Notes: generated by a model from the sequence alone, not told the origin. A DNA stretch of 64,000 bases from an uncultured delta proteobacterium (GCA_963796215.1 CAWCKU010000001.1:127032-191031), one strand, 5' to 3'; shown: positions 12,322 to 21,226, numbered from the stretch's first letter. Numbers and translations are program-made.

Positions 12322-13552
12322 ATGAGCCGGAAGACCAAAGATGCTGACCTGACCCGCCGGGAGTTCGTGACCACCGTCGGACTCGCCGGCCTGGCCGTGG
12401 CGGGGTCCGGAGTGACCGGGGCCCTCGCCGCCCCGGAGCCGCCGGCCGCGGCCGCCAAGGCCGCGACCGTACCCAAACGCAAACTGGGCAAGACCGGGGT
12501 GGAGGTCTCCAGCCTCTGCCTGGGCGGCATGTTCGACACCATCAACAACCAACTGCTCCTGAAGCAGGCCCTGAAATGGGGCGTCACCTACTGGGACACG
12601 GCCGAGGCTTACGGCAACGGCCTGAGCGAGGAGGGCTATGGCCGCTTCTTCGCCCGCAACCCCGAGGCCCGCAAGGAGATCTTCCTGGTCACCAAGCTCC
12701 AAACCAAGGGCGGCGACCTCACCGGGCGGCTGGATAAGGGCCTGAAAAGGCTGCAGACGGACCACGTGGATCTGTTCTTCATCCACAGCCTCACCGGCAT
12801 CGACGAATTGACCCCGGCCATCAAGGATTGGGCCGCGGAGATGAAGAAGGCCGGCAAGTTCAAATTCTTCGGCTTCAGCACCCACACCAACATGGAGGAC
12901 TGTCTGCTGGGCGCGGCCAAACTGGACTGGATCGACGCGGTGATGTTCACTTACAACTTCCAGGTCATGAACACCCCCAAGATGCAGGAAGCCATCGAGG
13001 CCGCGTCAAGGCCGGGGTCGGCCTGGTGGCCATGAAGTCCCAGGCCGGCCGGCCGGGGAAACATGAGGTCGGCGGCGAGGCCAAGCTGGAAATGGTCGAG
13101 CGCTTCCTGAAGCGGGGCTTCACCGACAAGCAGGCCAAGCTCAAGATCATCTGGGAGACCCCCCAAATCGCCAGCATCTGCTCCCAGATGCCCAACCTGA
13201 CCATCCTCTCGGCCAACGTGGCCGCGGCCCTGGACCAGACCAAACTGGCCCGGGAGGAGTTCGACTCCTTGCGCCGATATGCCCTGGAGACCAAGGCCGA
13301 CTACTGCGCCGGCTGCGGCAAAATCTGCCAGGAGGCCGTGGGCGGGGCCGTACCGGTGAACGAGGTCATGCGCTGCCTCATGTACCACCAGTATTATGGC
13401 GAGCCGGAACTGGCCCGGCTGACCTTTGCCGGGCTGCCCGAGGAGGTGCGGCAGCGGTTGACCGAGGTGGACTACTCCCAGGCGGAGCAGGCCTGCCCGC
13501 ACGGCCTGGCCATCGCCGCGCTCATGCGCCAGGCCCGGAGATGTTGGCCTAG
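12322..13552 (+). CDS. Aldo/keto reductase with Tat signal and C-terminal Cys cluster, two frame disruptions
   Basis: A GGAGG SD precedes ATG at 12322. TRREFVTTVGLAGLAVAG is a Tat motif. GVTYWDTAEAYGNGLSEE is the AKR signature. YCAGCGKICQ lies in the C-terminal part. Frame change near 13005-13020. Restoring one G at 13535-13538 gives ..ALMRQAREMLA* with a stop at 13550-13552, so the track's extension to 13892 looks like read-through. Confidence 0.8.
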
Positions 13553-13587
13553 AACTATGAAAAGACTGATAATGGAGAGCATAATTT

Positions 13588-13622
13588 CTCAGAGGCCGCG
13601 CCTCAGCCCGGCGGCCTCTGAG
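13588..13622 (+). terminator. 12-bp perfect hairpin downstream of the AKR gene
   Basis: CTCAGAGGCCGC ... GCGGCCTCTGAG. No clear U-tract follows. Confidence 0.4.
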
Positions 13623-13723
13623 GCCGGAATTAGGCGGCTCGCCCCCCTGATTTACGCCCCGATAAATTTCGATCATACACGGTCCAAGGGGTTCGTCACC
13701 CCAAAATCAGACGGCCCTGACGC

Positions 13724-13753
13724 GAGGAGGCCGGCAAATCAGCCGGCCTCCTC
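13724..13753 (-). terminator. 12-bp perfect hairpin downstream of the YHS-domain gene
   Basis: GAGGAGGCCGGC-aaatca-GCCGGCCTCCTC lies 29 nt after the corrected stop. A weak U-rich tail is present on the minus strand. Confidence 0.4.
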
Positions 13754-13781
13754 GATTCCCTACGGCGCCACGGGGTCAGGA

Positions 13782-14047
13782 TTATTTACCCTCGGGGCAC
13801 TTCTCCAGGGTGATTCCCTGTTCTTAATTTTTTTCAGGTACTTTTCCGGGTCCTTTTTGAACTCCGCATCGCAGCCCTTGCAGCAGAAATAGATGCGTTG
13901 CCCTTTGTAGTCAATATAAACTTTTTTATCGACATTACCGCCCAGCACCGGGCAGACGGTCTGGGGCTTGGGGTCGGCGGCCAGGGCGGTGCCGCCGGCC
14001 AAGGCCAGGACTACCAGGGAAACGAGCAGGATTTTGATTACCTTCAT
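13782..14047 (-). CDS. Secreted YHS/TRASH-type metal-binding domain protein, one frame disruption
   Basis: An AAGGAAGGAG SD is present. MKVIKILLVSLVVLALAGGTALA is a signal peptide. CPVLGGNVDKKVYIDYKGQRIYFCCKGCDAEFKKDPEKYL follows. Correcting the T7 run at 13828-13834 gives ..KKIKEQGITLEKCPEGK* instead of the track's tail. Confidence 0.75.
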
Positions 14048-14576
14048 GATCAACGCTCCTTCCTTAAAATTTGGCCATGCGACCGGCTCAGGCAGTGCCG
14101 CACCATGGCCAGCCCAGCAGACCGGTCCCAATTCTAGAAGTTATTTATATCATTGGATCGCCGGGCTTCAATGTCAAGCCCGGCGGCGGCCGGCTGGCAC
14201 CTGAAGGATGAAGGTTTCCGCGGTTTGCCGAGAGACTGCCGGTGTCTGGTCAACATTGCTAGGTATAGAAGTTCAACCTTATTGCTCCTATAACGATGCC
14301 GATGATAATTAAGACAAAAAAGCCACCTGCGGTGGTCAGGATGTATTTTTCTTCCAGGTCTGATTCCTTCAAGAGCCTCCCCTTTTAACCTTCAATAATC
14401 ATTCTTTCTTACCTAATGAACGGCATGGTTAAGCATTCCCATAAATAAGATATGAGTAAATCGGGATATCCTTGGATTTCGGCCTTCGTATTCCCCGAGA
14501 TTTGAGAAAATGAACTGGTGGGATGAGGAGAATGTGTGAAGGTTAACCAGCTGCAGGTCGGGAACTACCCCGATAA

Positions 14577-14747
14577 TTAGCCCACCCCGCCCCATTAATT
14601 TTCCCCGGAATCAATCAACAGGGCCTGGAGTGCGGGGTGACCGTCACCTGCCAGAATGGCGAGACCGCCAGTTTCGCCCAGGGCGACCTGGTGACCTTCC
14701 CGGAGGGCCTGTCCTGCACCTGGAAGATCAGCCAGGGAACTTATTGA
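14577..14747 (+). pseudogene. C-terminal fragment of a small cupin (DUF861-like)
   Basis: ..LECGVTVTCQNGETASFAQGDLVTFPEGLSCTWKISQGTY* resembles cupin_3 C-termini. No intact start exists, and upstream 14449-14576 shows only broken frames. Confidence 0.35.
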
Positions 14748-14792
14748 AATTGAAAAAATGCCGATAAGTTTAACATAAGGGGAATATTTATA

Positions 14793-15984
14793 TTGGGGGA
14801 TAAGCAAGTATCTTACGAGAGGAATGGCCAGCACCTCGTTTTCCGCCTGAACCGGATCACTATCAAAAGCAGGCTGTGGGGCGCTTCGGCCCTGATACTG
14901 CTGCTTTTCCTGGCCTTTGGGCTGTTCTCCCTTTACGAAATGCGGAAATTGGACCGCCTCACCTGGGAGCTGTACAACCACCCCTTCCAAGTCTCCAATG
15001 CAGCCCTGCGGGCCTGCATAGGGGTCAGCAACATGCAAAACAGCGTCCGACAGGCCATCATGGCCCGTTCTGACTCAGAGATAGCCGTGGCAGTCCAGGA
15101 GGTCCGGGAAGCCGAGCGCATGGCCTTTGACAACCTGGAGGTGGTCCGGGACAGAATTCTTGGCCTTGAGGGCAAGAGGCTGGAACAAGAATCCCGGGAC
15201 CTGCTGGATAGCCGGGTTAAAGTCAACAGGGAAATTGTGCAATTGCTCCAGCCGGGAAATAAAGCGGCGGTCATCGCCCTGGACCTGGGTCCTGGAGATG
15301 CATGATGCACCGCCTGGAGCAGAAGCTCCTGGAGTTGCGGGATTACGCCGGGAATAAAGCCAAGGGCTTCATGGATAACGCCGTCGAGCAACAGCAACGC
15401 ATTTTCTGGAGTACCATCATATTCATGGTAGTTGCGGCGCTGCTGGCTTTTATAGGAAACTTGAAACTCCAAGAAGCCCTGCGTCATCAGGCCATCCGGG
15501 ACCCCCTTACGGGGTTGTTCAACCGGCGCTTTATGTTGGAGACCCTGGAGCGGGAACTTTACCGGATGCAGCGCAAAGGGTCCTCCCTGTGTGTCATCAT
15601 GTTTGATATGATCATTTTAAAAGGTTTAACGACACCTTCGGCCATTCGGCCGGGGATACCTTGTTGAGCGCCTTGGGCAGGTTGTTGCTCAACCAGGTGC
15701 GCAAGGAGGATGTAGTGTGCCGGTATGGCGGTGAAGAGTTCACCCTGATCCTGCCTGAGACTTCTCTGGAGACCGCTTGTGCCCGGGCTGAAGAGTTACG
15801 CCAAATGGTCCACGGCCTGCACTTGGAACATCGAGGCCAGAGTCTGGGAGGGATCACCATTTCCCTGGGAGTGGCGGTTTATCCTAAGCAAGCGGAGAAC
15901 CCGGAATCCCTCCTGGGGGCCGCTGACAAGGCCCTCTACCAGGCCAAACACGCTGGCCGAGACCAGGTGGTGGTGAGCGGATAG
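14793..15984 (+). CDS. Diguanylate cyclase (GGDEF) with N-terminal membrane-bound helical sensor, two frame disruptions
   Basis: Pieces 14793-15305, 15302-15667 and 15661-15984. Two TM segments flank a helical periplasmic region. DPLTGLFNRR, MFD(M)DHFKRFNDTFGHSAGD (restored by 1 nt near 15610) and RKEDVVCRYGGEEFTLIL (RxxD I-site plus GGEEF) are present. Confidence 0.85.
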
Positions 15985-16130
15985 TTTTGTTAAAGCCATC
16001 CAGGATGTTTTCGGCGGTATTGGCCGCGGCGTTGACGATGCCCGGGCCGCGGCGAAGGGCGGCAATGGGATTGGCCATCATTTTGCTTCAGAATCAGCAG
16101 GCGGCCGATGCAGGTGAGGTTCGCTGCAGG

Positions 16131-17103
16131 TCAGGGTCTCCCGGGTCCAGAGGCGGTGCTGGTGTGCTCAGCCTGGCGCTCGTCACAGGGCTCATGGCCG
16201 CAGATGGGGCACTCCGGGTCCGTACAGGGGTCGGCGTGGATGAGGATGTCCGCCTCACCTTCAAAGTGGTCACTCAGGATCTTCTCCAGTTTTTTGATCT
16301 CGTCGTGGCTGGCCTCCAGGCCGAGGTCCCGGGGCAAAATCAGATGGAAGTCCATGAAGACACGATGACCGGAGCGCCGGGCCCGAAGCTGGTGGACGTC
16401 GATCCACATCTCCCGGCGATTTCGAGCGATAACTTCGCAGATCTCCTGCAATAACTCAGGGTCGGAGGTGTCCAGGAGGGCCGCGGAAGATTGATGGACC
16501 AGCCGGGCGCCGGTGAACAGGATGTTGAAACCCACCAGGTAGGCCACGGCGCCGTCCAGCCAGTTCCAGCCGGTGAACATGACCCCGATGAGGCCCAGGA
16601 CAACCCCGATGGTGGTGAAAACGTCGGTGAGGACGTGCTTGCCGTCGGCCACCAGGACAATGGAGCGGGTGCGTTTGCCCACCATCACCAGGGCCAGGCC
16701 CAAAATGAGATTGACTACGCGCCGCGCCCAGCACCAGGAGGATACCGCTGGTCAGCCGGGGAATCGCCTGGGGGTGAAAGAGCCGGGGCCAGGCCTCATA
16801 AAAGATCCCCAGGGCCGCCAGGATGATCAGGGCCCCTTCGAAACCGGCGGAAAAATATTCGATCTTGCCGTGGCCGTAAGGGTGGGACGGATCGGGGCTG
16901 CGGGCCGCGAAGATGATGCTGCCGAGGGCGAAGCCGGCGGCCACCACGTTGATGATGGACTCCAGGGCATCGGAGAGGATGGCGGCGGAGTCCGTCAGGT
17001 AAAAGGCGAGGAATTTCACGGCCATCAACCCGGCGCCGACAACCAGGGAGGTGATGATGGCAATGAGGCGGTGCTTGTGGTTGGTGGTGGCCGATGAGTT
17101 CAT
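16131..17103 (-). CDS. Cation diffusion facilitator (CDF) family transporter, one frame disruption
   Basis: Pieces 16456-17103 and 16131-16703 contain SDALESIINVVAAG, HPYGHGKIEYFSAG and LTDVFTTIGVVLGL, then a cytoplasmic domain and a Cys/His-rich tail HADPCTDPECPICGHEPC. Frame change near 16700-16740. Confidence 0.85.
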
Positions 17104-17237
17104 TCAAAAAACTTTTCAAGCTAGCCGATTAGAGCTGCTGATAAGTCAGCAAAGAATCGCACTACTGTTCATCAATTTATGAATATAATTTTCTTTCTTG
17201 GCTGTATCAAGCTGAATATCCAAATTTGAGGGGGCTA

Positions 17238-17266
17238 TTGACACCGTTTAGTACAAAAAGTACATT
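17238..17266 (+). promoter_or_regulatory. Sigma-70-like promoter with GTAC-N5-GTAC repeat (candidate operator) for the toxin-antitoxin operon
   Basis: TTGACA (17238-17243), 17-nt spacer, TACATT (17261-17266). The spacer contains AGTACaaaaAGTAC. A GGAGG SD lies before the ATG at 17287. Confidence 0.45.
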
Positions 17267-17286
17267 TAAGCAATTGGAGGTGAGCC

Positions 17287-17532
17287 ATGAGTAAGGTATC
17301 CACCGTGGAAGCCAGAGACCAATTATCGACCATCATCAACCGCGCCGCTTTTGGGAAGGAACGGGTGGTTCTCACCCGCCGTGGCAAGGAATTGGCGGCG
17401 GTAGTGCCCATTGAGGACGTGAAGTTGCTGGAAGATTTGGAAGATCGCCTGGATTTGGAGGCAGCTCGGGAAGCTCTAAAAGAAGAGGGGACCATACCTT
17501 GGGAAAAAGTCAAAGCCGAATTGGGGTTATAA
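17287..17532 (+). CDS. Type II antitoxin, Phd/YefM family
   Basis: MSKVSTVEARDQLSTIINRAAFGKERVVLTRRGKELAAVVPIEDVKLLEDLEDRLD is the typical Phd/YefM N-terminus. The toxin gene starts 4 nt downstream. Confidence 0.85.
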   Translation: MSKVSTVEARDQLSTIINRAAFGKERVVLTRRGKELAAVVPIEDVKLLEDLEDRLDLEAAREALKEEGTIPWEKVKAELGL

Positions 17533-17535
17533 ACG

Positions 17536-17797
17536 GTGCCCTCTTACAGAATTGAGTTAAAACCGGCGGCAGCGGCGCGGACTGAGCAAGTTACCCCAAG
17601 TAGTGCAGAAACGCATCGCCCGCAAGATCGGGGTTCTCGCCCGGAATCCCCGCCCGCCCGGAGTGGAAAAACTCAAGGGCCTATCCGACCTGTATCGCTT
17701 GCGAGTCGGCGATTACCGCATTCTGTATCAAATTCAAGAGAAGATTCTCTTGGTGTTGGTGGTGCAAGTGGGGCACCGAAGAGAAATCTATGAATAA
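17536..17797 (+). CDS. Type II toxin, RelE/ParE family, one frame disruption
   Basis: GTG 17536 gives VPSYRIELKPAAA.., joining 17603-17797 ..QKRIARKIGVLARNPRPPGVEKLKGLSDLYRLRVGDYRILYQIQEKILLVLVVQVGHRREIY. Frame change near 17575-17605. Confidence 0.8.
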
Positions 17798-17812
17798 AAT
17801 AGTTGCCGGTTG

Positions 17813-18145
17813 TTATTCATACTGTTTCCGTAGGTGAATAAAAAAGGTCTCCCGCAGGAACTTACTCATCAAGATCATCCCGCCATCGCCCTGGGAAGCA
17901 AAGAGCTGCAAGTCAAACTCTTCATCCGGAAACCAATCGGTGGTGAAGACCAAGCCGGTATCGGTTAAGCGGATGGTGATCTGCGCGTCGTCCGCCACCT
18001 CCTGGGGCCAGGCCAGATAGGCGCTAAAGCTCAAGGACTCCGAACTGGAAACGATACTGATTTTCTTGGACTCCCAAATTTCATACTGGTTTTCGGCAAA
18101 GCCGGACAGCCAGTAGAGGGTGATGTAGAGTAGGTCCTCAAACAT
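17813..18145 (-). CDS. Hypothetical protein, 110 aa, no recognisable domain
   Basis: The ORF is intact. Sampled lines look lower in G+C than the neighbours. TTGACT-17-TAAATT lies about 50-80 nt upstream on the minus strand. The SD is weak. Confidence 0.5.
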   Translation of the reverse strand: MFEDLLYITLYWLSGFAENQYEIWESKKISIVSSSESLSFSAYLAWPQEVADDAQITIRLTDTGLVFTTDWFPDEEFDLQLFASQGDGGMILMSKFLRETFFIHLRKQYE

Positions 18146-18266
18146 AGTTACCCGGATATTTGTGAAAAATGGTGCAAGTCCAGGCTTAAAATTTATGGGA
18201 GCCCTGGAAATAAGTCAAGGAATTTTGGCACTAACGGGGTGGCGACGAGTAGGACGGATGCTCGGG

Positions 18267-18297
18267 AAAAAAAGGGGCGCCGGTGGAGGCCGGCGCC
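18267..18297 (-). terminator. Intrinsic terminator (second of two in tandem)
   Basis: Minus strand reads GGCGCCGG-cctcca-CCGGCGCC, then CC, then U7. Confidence 0.6.
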
Positions 18298-18363
18298 GTT
18301 AAGGGTTTATGGTACACTTGGAGGGTTATTCGTTATGGGCGGCAACGCTTCAGGCGGCCGCAC

Positions 18364-18473
18364 AAAAAAGCCGGATTGCCCTGATTCCAGGCAACCCGGC
18401 TGTCTCATCGGCAAGATGGGCGAGACCCGTGGCTTTCCGTCCCCACCTCACGATGGGTTTGGCTTTTGCTTGG
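18364..18473 (-). ncRNA. Candidate GEMM-I cyclic-dinucleotide riboswitch (c-di-GMP-I class) with overlapping intrinsic terminator
   Basis: Minus strand reads CCAAGCAAAAGCCAAACCCAUC-GUGA-GGUGGGGACGGAAAGCCACGGGUCUCGCCCAUCUUGCCGAUGAGACAGCCGGGUUGCCUGG. It shows a GNRA-capped hairpin, the ACG(C/G)AAAGCC junction, a second hairpin and an AGCCGGGUUGCC closing strand. This parallels the remembered Vc2 aptamer (GGGCAAACCAUUCGAAAGAGUGGGACGCAAAGCCUCCGG...GGUAGCGGGGUUACC). The terminator is AGCCGGGUUGCC / GGCAAUCCGGCU + U6 at 18364-18401. Confidence 0.6.
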
Positions 18474-18478
18474 GACGC

Positions 18479-18508
18479 AGTCTACCTGAAAGTTTAATAA
18501 GTTGTCAA
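18479..18508 (-). promoter_or_regulatory. Sigma-70-like promoter for the riboswitch transcript
   Basis: Minus strand has TTGACA (18508-18503), an 18-nt spacer and TAGACT (18484-18479). It lies about 40 nt after the uppP stop. Confidence 0.4.
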
Positions 18509-18548
18509 GCAGATTTTGATCTTGATCGAAGGTATTTGCTTCCGGAAT

Positions 18549-19379
18549 TTAGGCGGAAGGGTAAAAAAAGGCCAGGGCCAGGATGAGGGCGGCTAGGATC
18601 AGCCGATATACCGCGAAGGGAATGAAGGTGTGGCGTTGCAGGAAGCGCAGCAGGTATTTGATGGTCAGGTAGCTGGAGATCACCGCGGCCAGGAAGCCCA
18701 CCACGGCGGGCAGCAGCGTCAGTTCACCACTGGCGCTTTCCTTGAGCCACTGGGGGATATGATGCAGGCCGGCGCCGGCGATGATGGGGGTGGCCAGGAG
18801 GAAGGAAAAGTGGGCGGCGGAACGGCGGTTGAAGCCCAGGAAAAGGCCCGTGGTCATGGTGATGCCGCTTCTGGAGACCCCGGGCATGATGGCCAGGGCC
18901 TGGGAGAGGCCGATGAGAAAGGCGTCCTTCAAGGTGATTTGGTCCAGGCGGCGGAGGTGCCGGGCGAGTTTTTCCGCCAGGATCAGGAGGAGCCCGACGC
19001 TGCCCAGGAGGATGGCGATGCGGACCGGCTCCCGGAAGATGGTTTCGGCCCTTTTCTCCAGGAGCACTCCGGCGATGGCTCCGGGAATGACGGCAATGAT
19101 AAGAAAGAAGAGCAGACGGCGCTCCGGGCGGTTATAGCGGGAAGGTGAGATGAAGGCGTGGGCCATATCCAGCCACTCCCGGTAGAAGTAGCCGATGAGG
19201 GCCGCCAGGGTGCCCACATGCAGGAGGATATCGAAGCTCAAGCCGCCACCGGTCACGTGAAAGTAATGTTCCAGGAGGGCCAGATGGGCGGAACTGGAGA
19301 TGGGCAGAAATTCGCTGATGCCCTGGACTAGGCCGAGTAAGAGAGCCGTTAGGGGATGCATGGTGGCAAAATGTATCAC
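18549..19379 (-). CDS. uppP: Undecaprenyl-diphosphate phosphatase
   Basis: MHPLTALLLGLVQGISEFLPISSSAHLALL.., eight TM segments, GVSRSGITMT motif. The true start may be the ATG at 19361. Confidence 0.9.
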   Translation of the reverse strand: MIHFATMHPLTALLLGLVQGISEFLPISSSAHLALLEHYFHVTGGGLSFDILLHVGTLAALIGYFYREWLDMAHAFISPSRYNRPERRLLFFLIIAVIPGAIAGVLLEKRAETIFREPVRIAILLGSVGLLLILAEKLARHLRRLDQITLKDAFLIGLSQALAIMPGVSRSGITMTTGLFLGFNRRSAAHFSFLLATPIIAGAGLHHIPQWLKESASGELTLLPAVVGFLAAVISSYLTIKYLLRFLQRHTFIPFAVYRLILAALILALAFFYPSA

Positions 19380-19492
19380 AGCGGCAAGAGAGCGGCAACC
19401 TGAAACTACTGGTTGATCCTCTATAAGTCATCTTTTCTAAGTATCGGAAGGTTAAGGCGAAAGGAGGGCGAACCAGCGGGTCCGATGGGAAC

Positions 19493-20410
19493 TCAGGGGG
19501 TCTTTTCCTTGGAGGCGCTGACCCAGCCGGGTTGGACCCGCACCAGGCTGACTCCCTGGGGCAGGCTGACAGAGATGGTGAGGCGGGCGCGCCCACGGCC
19601 CAGGTTCCTGGTATCCACCGCAGCCTTGACATCCGCGGGCTTCAAGTCCTTCACCCGGGGCCAGGGGCCCTGGACGGTGACGGCCACCTGGGCCGGCTGC
19701 AGCCGGGCCGGGCCGGGCTCCGGGAGCACGGGAACCCCGGAAAGGGTGCGAATCAGGGTCTTGGGCTGGATGTCCAATTCCGCCAGGATGGGAATCTGAT
19801 CCTTCAGGGTGAGGTGGAGGTTTTTGAAATCCAGGTCGGTGGCCGTGATGGTCAGTTCGGTGAGGCGGCGCAGGTCGATGGGATGGGTGGGAATGAATTT
19901 GAGGTCGGAGAGCTCCGGCAGGGGACCGCTGACCGTGACCTGGTCCGGCCGCGTCTTGGCGTTGACTAATTCGTAGCCTTCCGGAGGATTGCCGGCCAGC
20001 ACCGGTTTAATGGGCAGGGTGGCGCTGATGGTGGGCGACAGATTAAGAGTAAGGGGATTGGGCTGAATCCGGGTCACCACCACGCCGCGGGGGAACGAGA
20101 AGCTGTTGGGCCCCAGATAAAAGGTATGGGGGCCGCTCTTATAATTGGCCAGATCGATGGTCTGGGTCAGGCGGGTTTGGGACAGTTTGTTGACTATGGA
20201 CCGGGGGCCGATGACCCGGACCTGCAACTCCGCCGGGATTTCGCCGGTAATGACCATCTTGGCCGGCAGGTTGACGAACTCCAGGGCCATATGCAGGCTG
20301 GTTTCGGTGCGTTCTTCACCGCTGACGGCAAACCACAGGGCCAGCGCCAGGAGCAGTGACAGGAGTTTGAGGGCTTTATGACGCCCTAAAGAAGCGAGCC
20401 ACTTTTGCAA
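19493..20410 (-). CDS. cdaR: YbbR-domain protein (CdaR-type regulator of diadenylate cyclase)
   Basis: An N-terminal TM is followed by repeated YbbR-like beta modules. It overlaps the cdaA 3' end by 35 nt, matching the conserved cdaA-cdaR arrangement. Confidence 0.8.
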   Translation of the reverse strand: MQKWLASLGRHKALKLLSLLLALALWFAVSGEERTETSLHMALEFVNLPAKMVITGEIPAELQVRVIGPRSIVNKLSQTRLTQTIDLANYKSGPHTFYLGPNSFSFPRGVVVTRIQPNPLTLNLSPTISATLPIKPVLAGNPPEGYELVNAKTRPDQVTVSGPLPELSDLKFIPTHPIDLRRLTELTITATDLDFKNLHLTLKDQIPILAELDIQPKTLIRTLSGVPVLPEPGPARLQPAQVAVTVQGPWPRVKDLKPADVKAAVDTRNLGRGRARLTISVSLPQGVSLVRVQPGWVSASKEKTP

Positions 20411-21176
20411 ACCAGGTTCCTTTCCCTTCGTTGGGAGTTTCCATCAGGTCTCGCAGACTGCGGCGCAACTGGTCAGGACTGAGATTCTGGCGCAGACCAC
20501 CGCTCCGGGCCAGGGAGATTTGGCCGGTGGTTTCGGAGACCACCAGGACCACGGCATCGGTATTCTCGGTGAGACCCACCGCGGCCCGATGCCGGGTGCC
20601 CAGGGTGGGGTCCAAATTGGGATTTTTGGACAGGGGCAGCAGGCAGCCGGCGCCTCCCACCCGTTCGCCCTGGATGATGACCGCGCCGTCGTGGGTGGGG
20701 GTGTGCGGCCAGAACAGGGAGATGAGCAATTCTTTGGTGACCAGGGCGTCCAGCTTGATGGCGCCGTCCAGGTACTCGGAGAGGCCGATGTAGCGCTCCA
20801 GGGCGAACAGGGCCCCGAAGTGGCGGCTGGCCAGGGTCTCGGCGGCCTCGCAGATTTCTTCCGTCGCCAACAGGGGCTGGACCCCGCCCGGGGCCAGGGC
20901 CTTTTTCCCCACCCGGCTCAACACCCGGCGGATGTCGGCCTGGAAGAGGATGATGACGATGAGGACAAAGCTCTTGACGATGAGGTCCAGGAGCCATTCC
21001 AGGGTGAAGAACTCCAACTGGCGGGCCACCAGGTAGGCCAGGAAAAGGAGAAAGAGCCCGGCCAGGACCTGGATGGCCTGGGTGCCCTTGAGGACCAGCA
21101 CCACCTGGTAAATGATGATGGCCACCAGGAGGATGTCCACCAGGTCTTGCCAGCGCAGATTCAGGAAAAAGTGCAT
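20376..21176 (-). CDS. cdaA: Diadenylate cyclase CdaA (c-di-AMP synthase)
   Basis: Three N-terminal TM segments are followed by a DAC domain: DGAVIIQGERV, LGTRHRAAVGLTENTDAVVLVVSETTGQISL. Confidence 0.9.
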   Translation of the reverse strand: MHFFLNLRWQDLVDILLVAIIIYQVVLVLKGTQAIQVLAGLFLLFLAYLVARQLEFFTLEWLLDLIVKSFVLIVIILFQADIRRVLSRVGKKALAPGGVQPLLATEEICEAAETLASRHFGALFALERYIGLSEYLDGAIKLDALVTKELLISLFWPHTPTHDGAVIIQGERVGGAGCLLPLSKNPNLDPTLGTRHRAAVGLTENTDAVVLVVSETTGQISLARSGGLRQNLSPDQLRRSLRDLMETPNEGKGTWFAKVARFFRAS

Positions 21177-21180
21177 TTTA

Positions 21181-21208
21181 AGTTTCGAGTTTCGAGTTTT
21201 GAGTTTTG
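21181..21208. repeat. Four tandem heptamers immediately upstream of the cdaA start codon
   Basis: Plus strand reads AGTTTCG AGTTTCG AGTTTTG AGTTTTG. Minus strand reads CAAAACT CAAAACT CGAAACT CGAAACT TAAAATG, ending in the start codon. No purine-rich SD is present. Confidence 0.9.
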
Positions 21209-21226
21209 AGAAAAATCAAGACCTAC

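Noticed and set aside
13553-13892. A C-terminal extension of the aldo/keto reductase ORF out to 13892.
   Set aside because: A 1-nt repair at 13534-13538 gives a natural ..AREMLA* end. The extension crosses two terminator hairpins and the convergent YHS gene.
14449-14576. In-frame TGA codons upstream of the cupin fragment as possible selenocysteine or Trp recoding (..EI*ENELVG*..).
   Set aside because: Stops occur in all frames, no SECIS-like hairpin follows, and the region fits a degraded gene or indel noise better.
15884-16081. A 65-aa minus-strand ORF between the GGDEF and CDF genes.
   Set aside because: Two thirds of it overlaps the GGDEF gene 3' end. It has no SD and no recognisable features.
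18239-18586. A 115-aa plus-strand ORF with a GGAGGG SD.
   Set aside because: It runs antisense through the riboswitch, both terminators and into uppP. Its composition is not protein-like.
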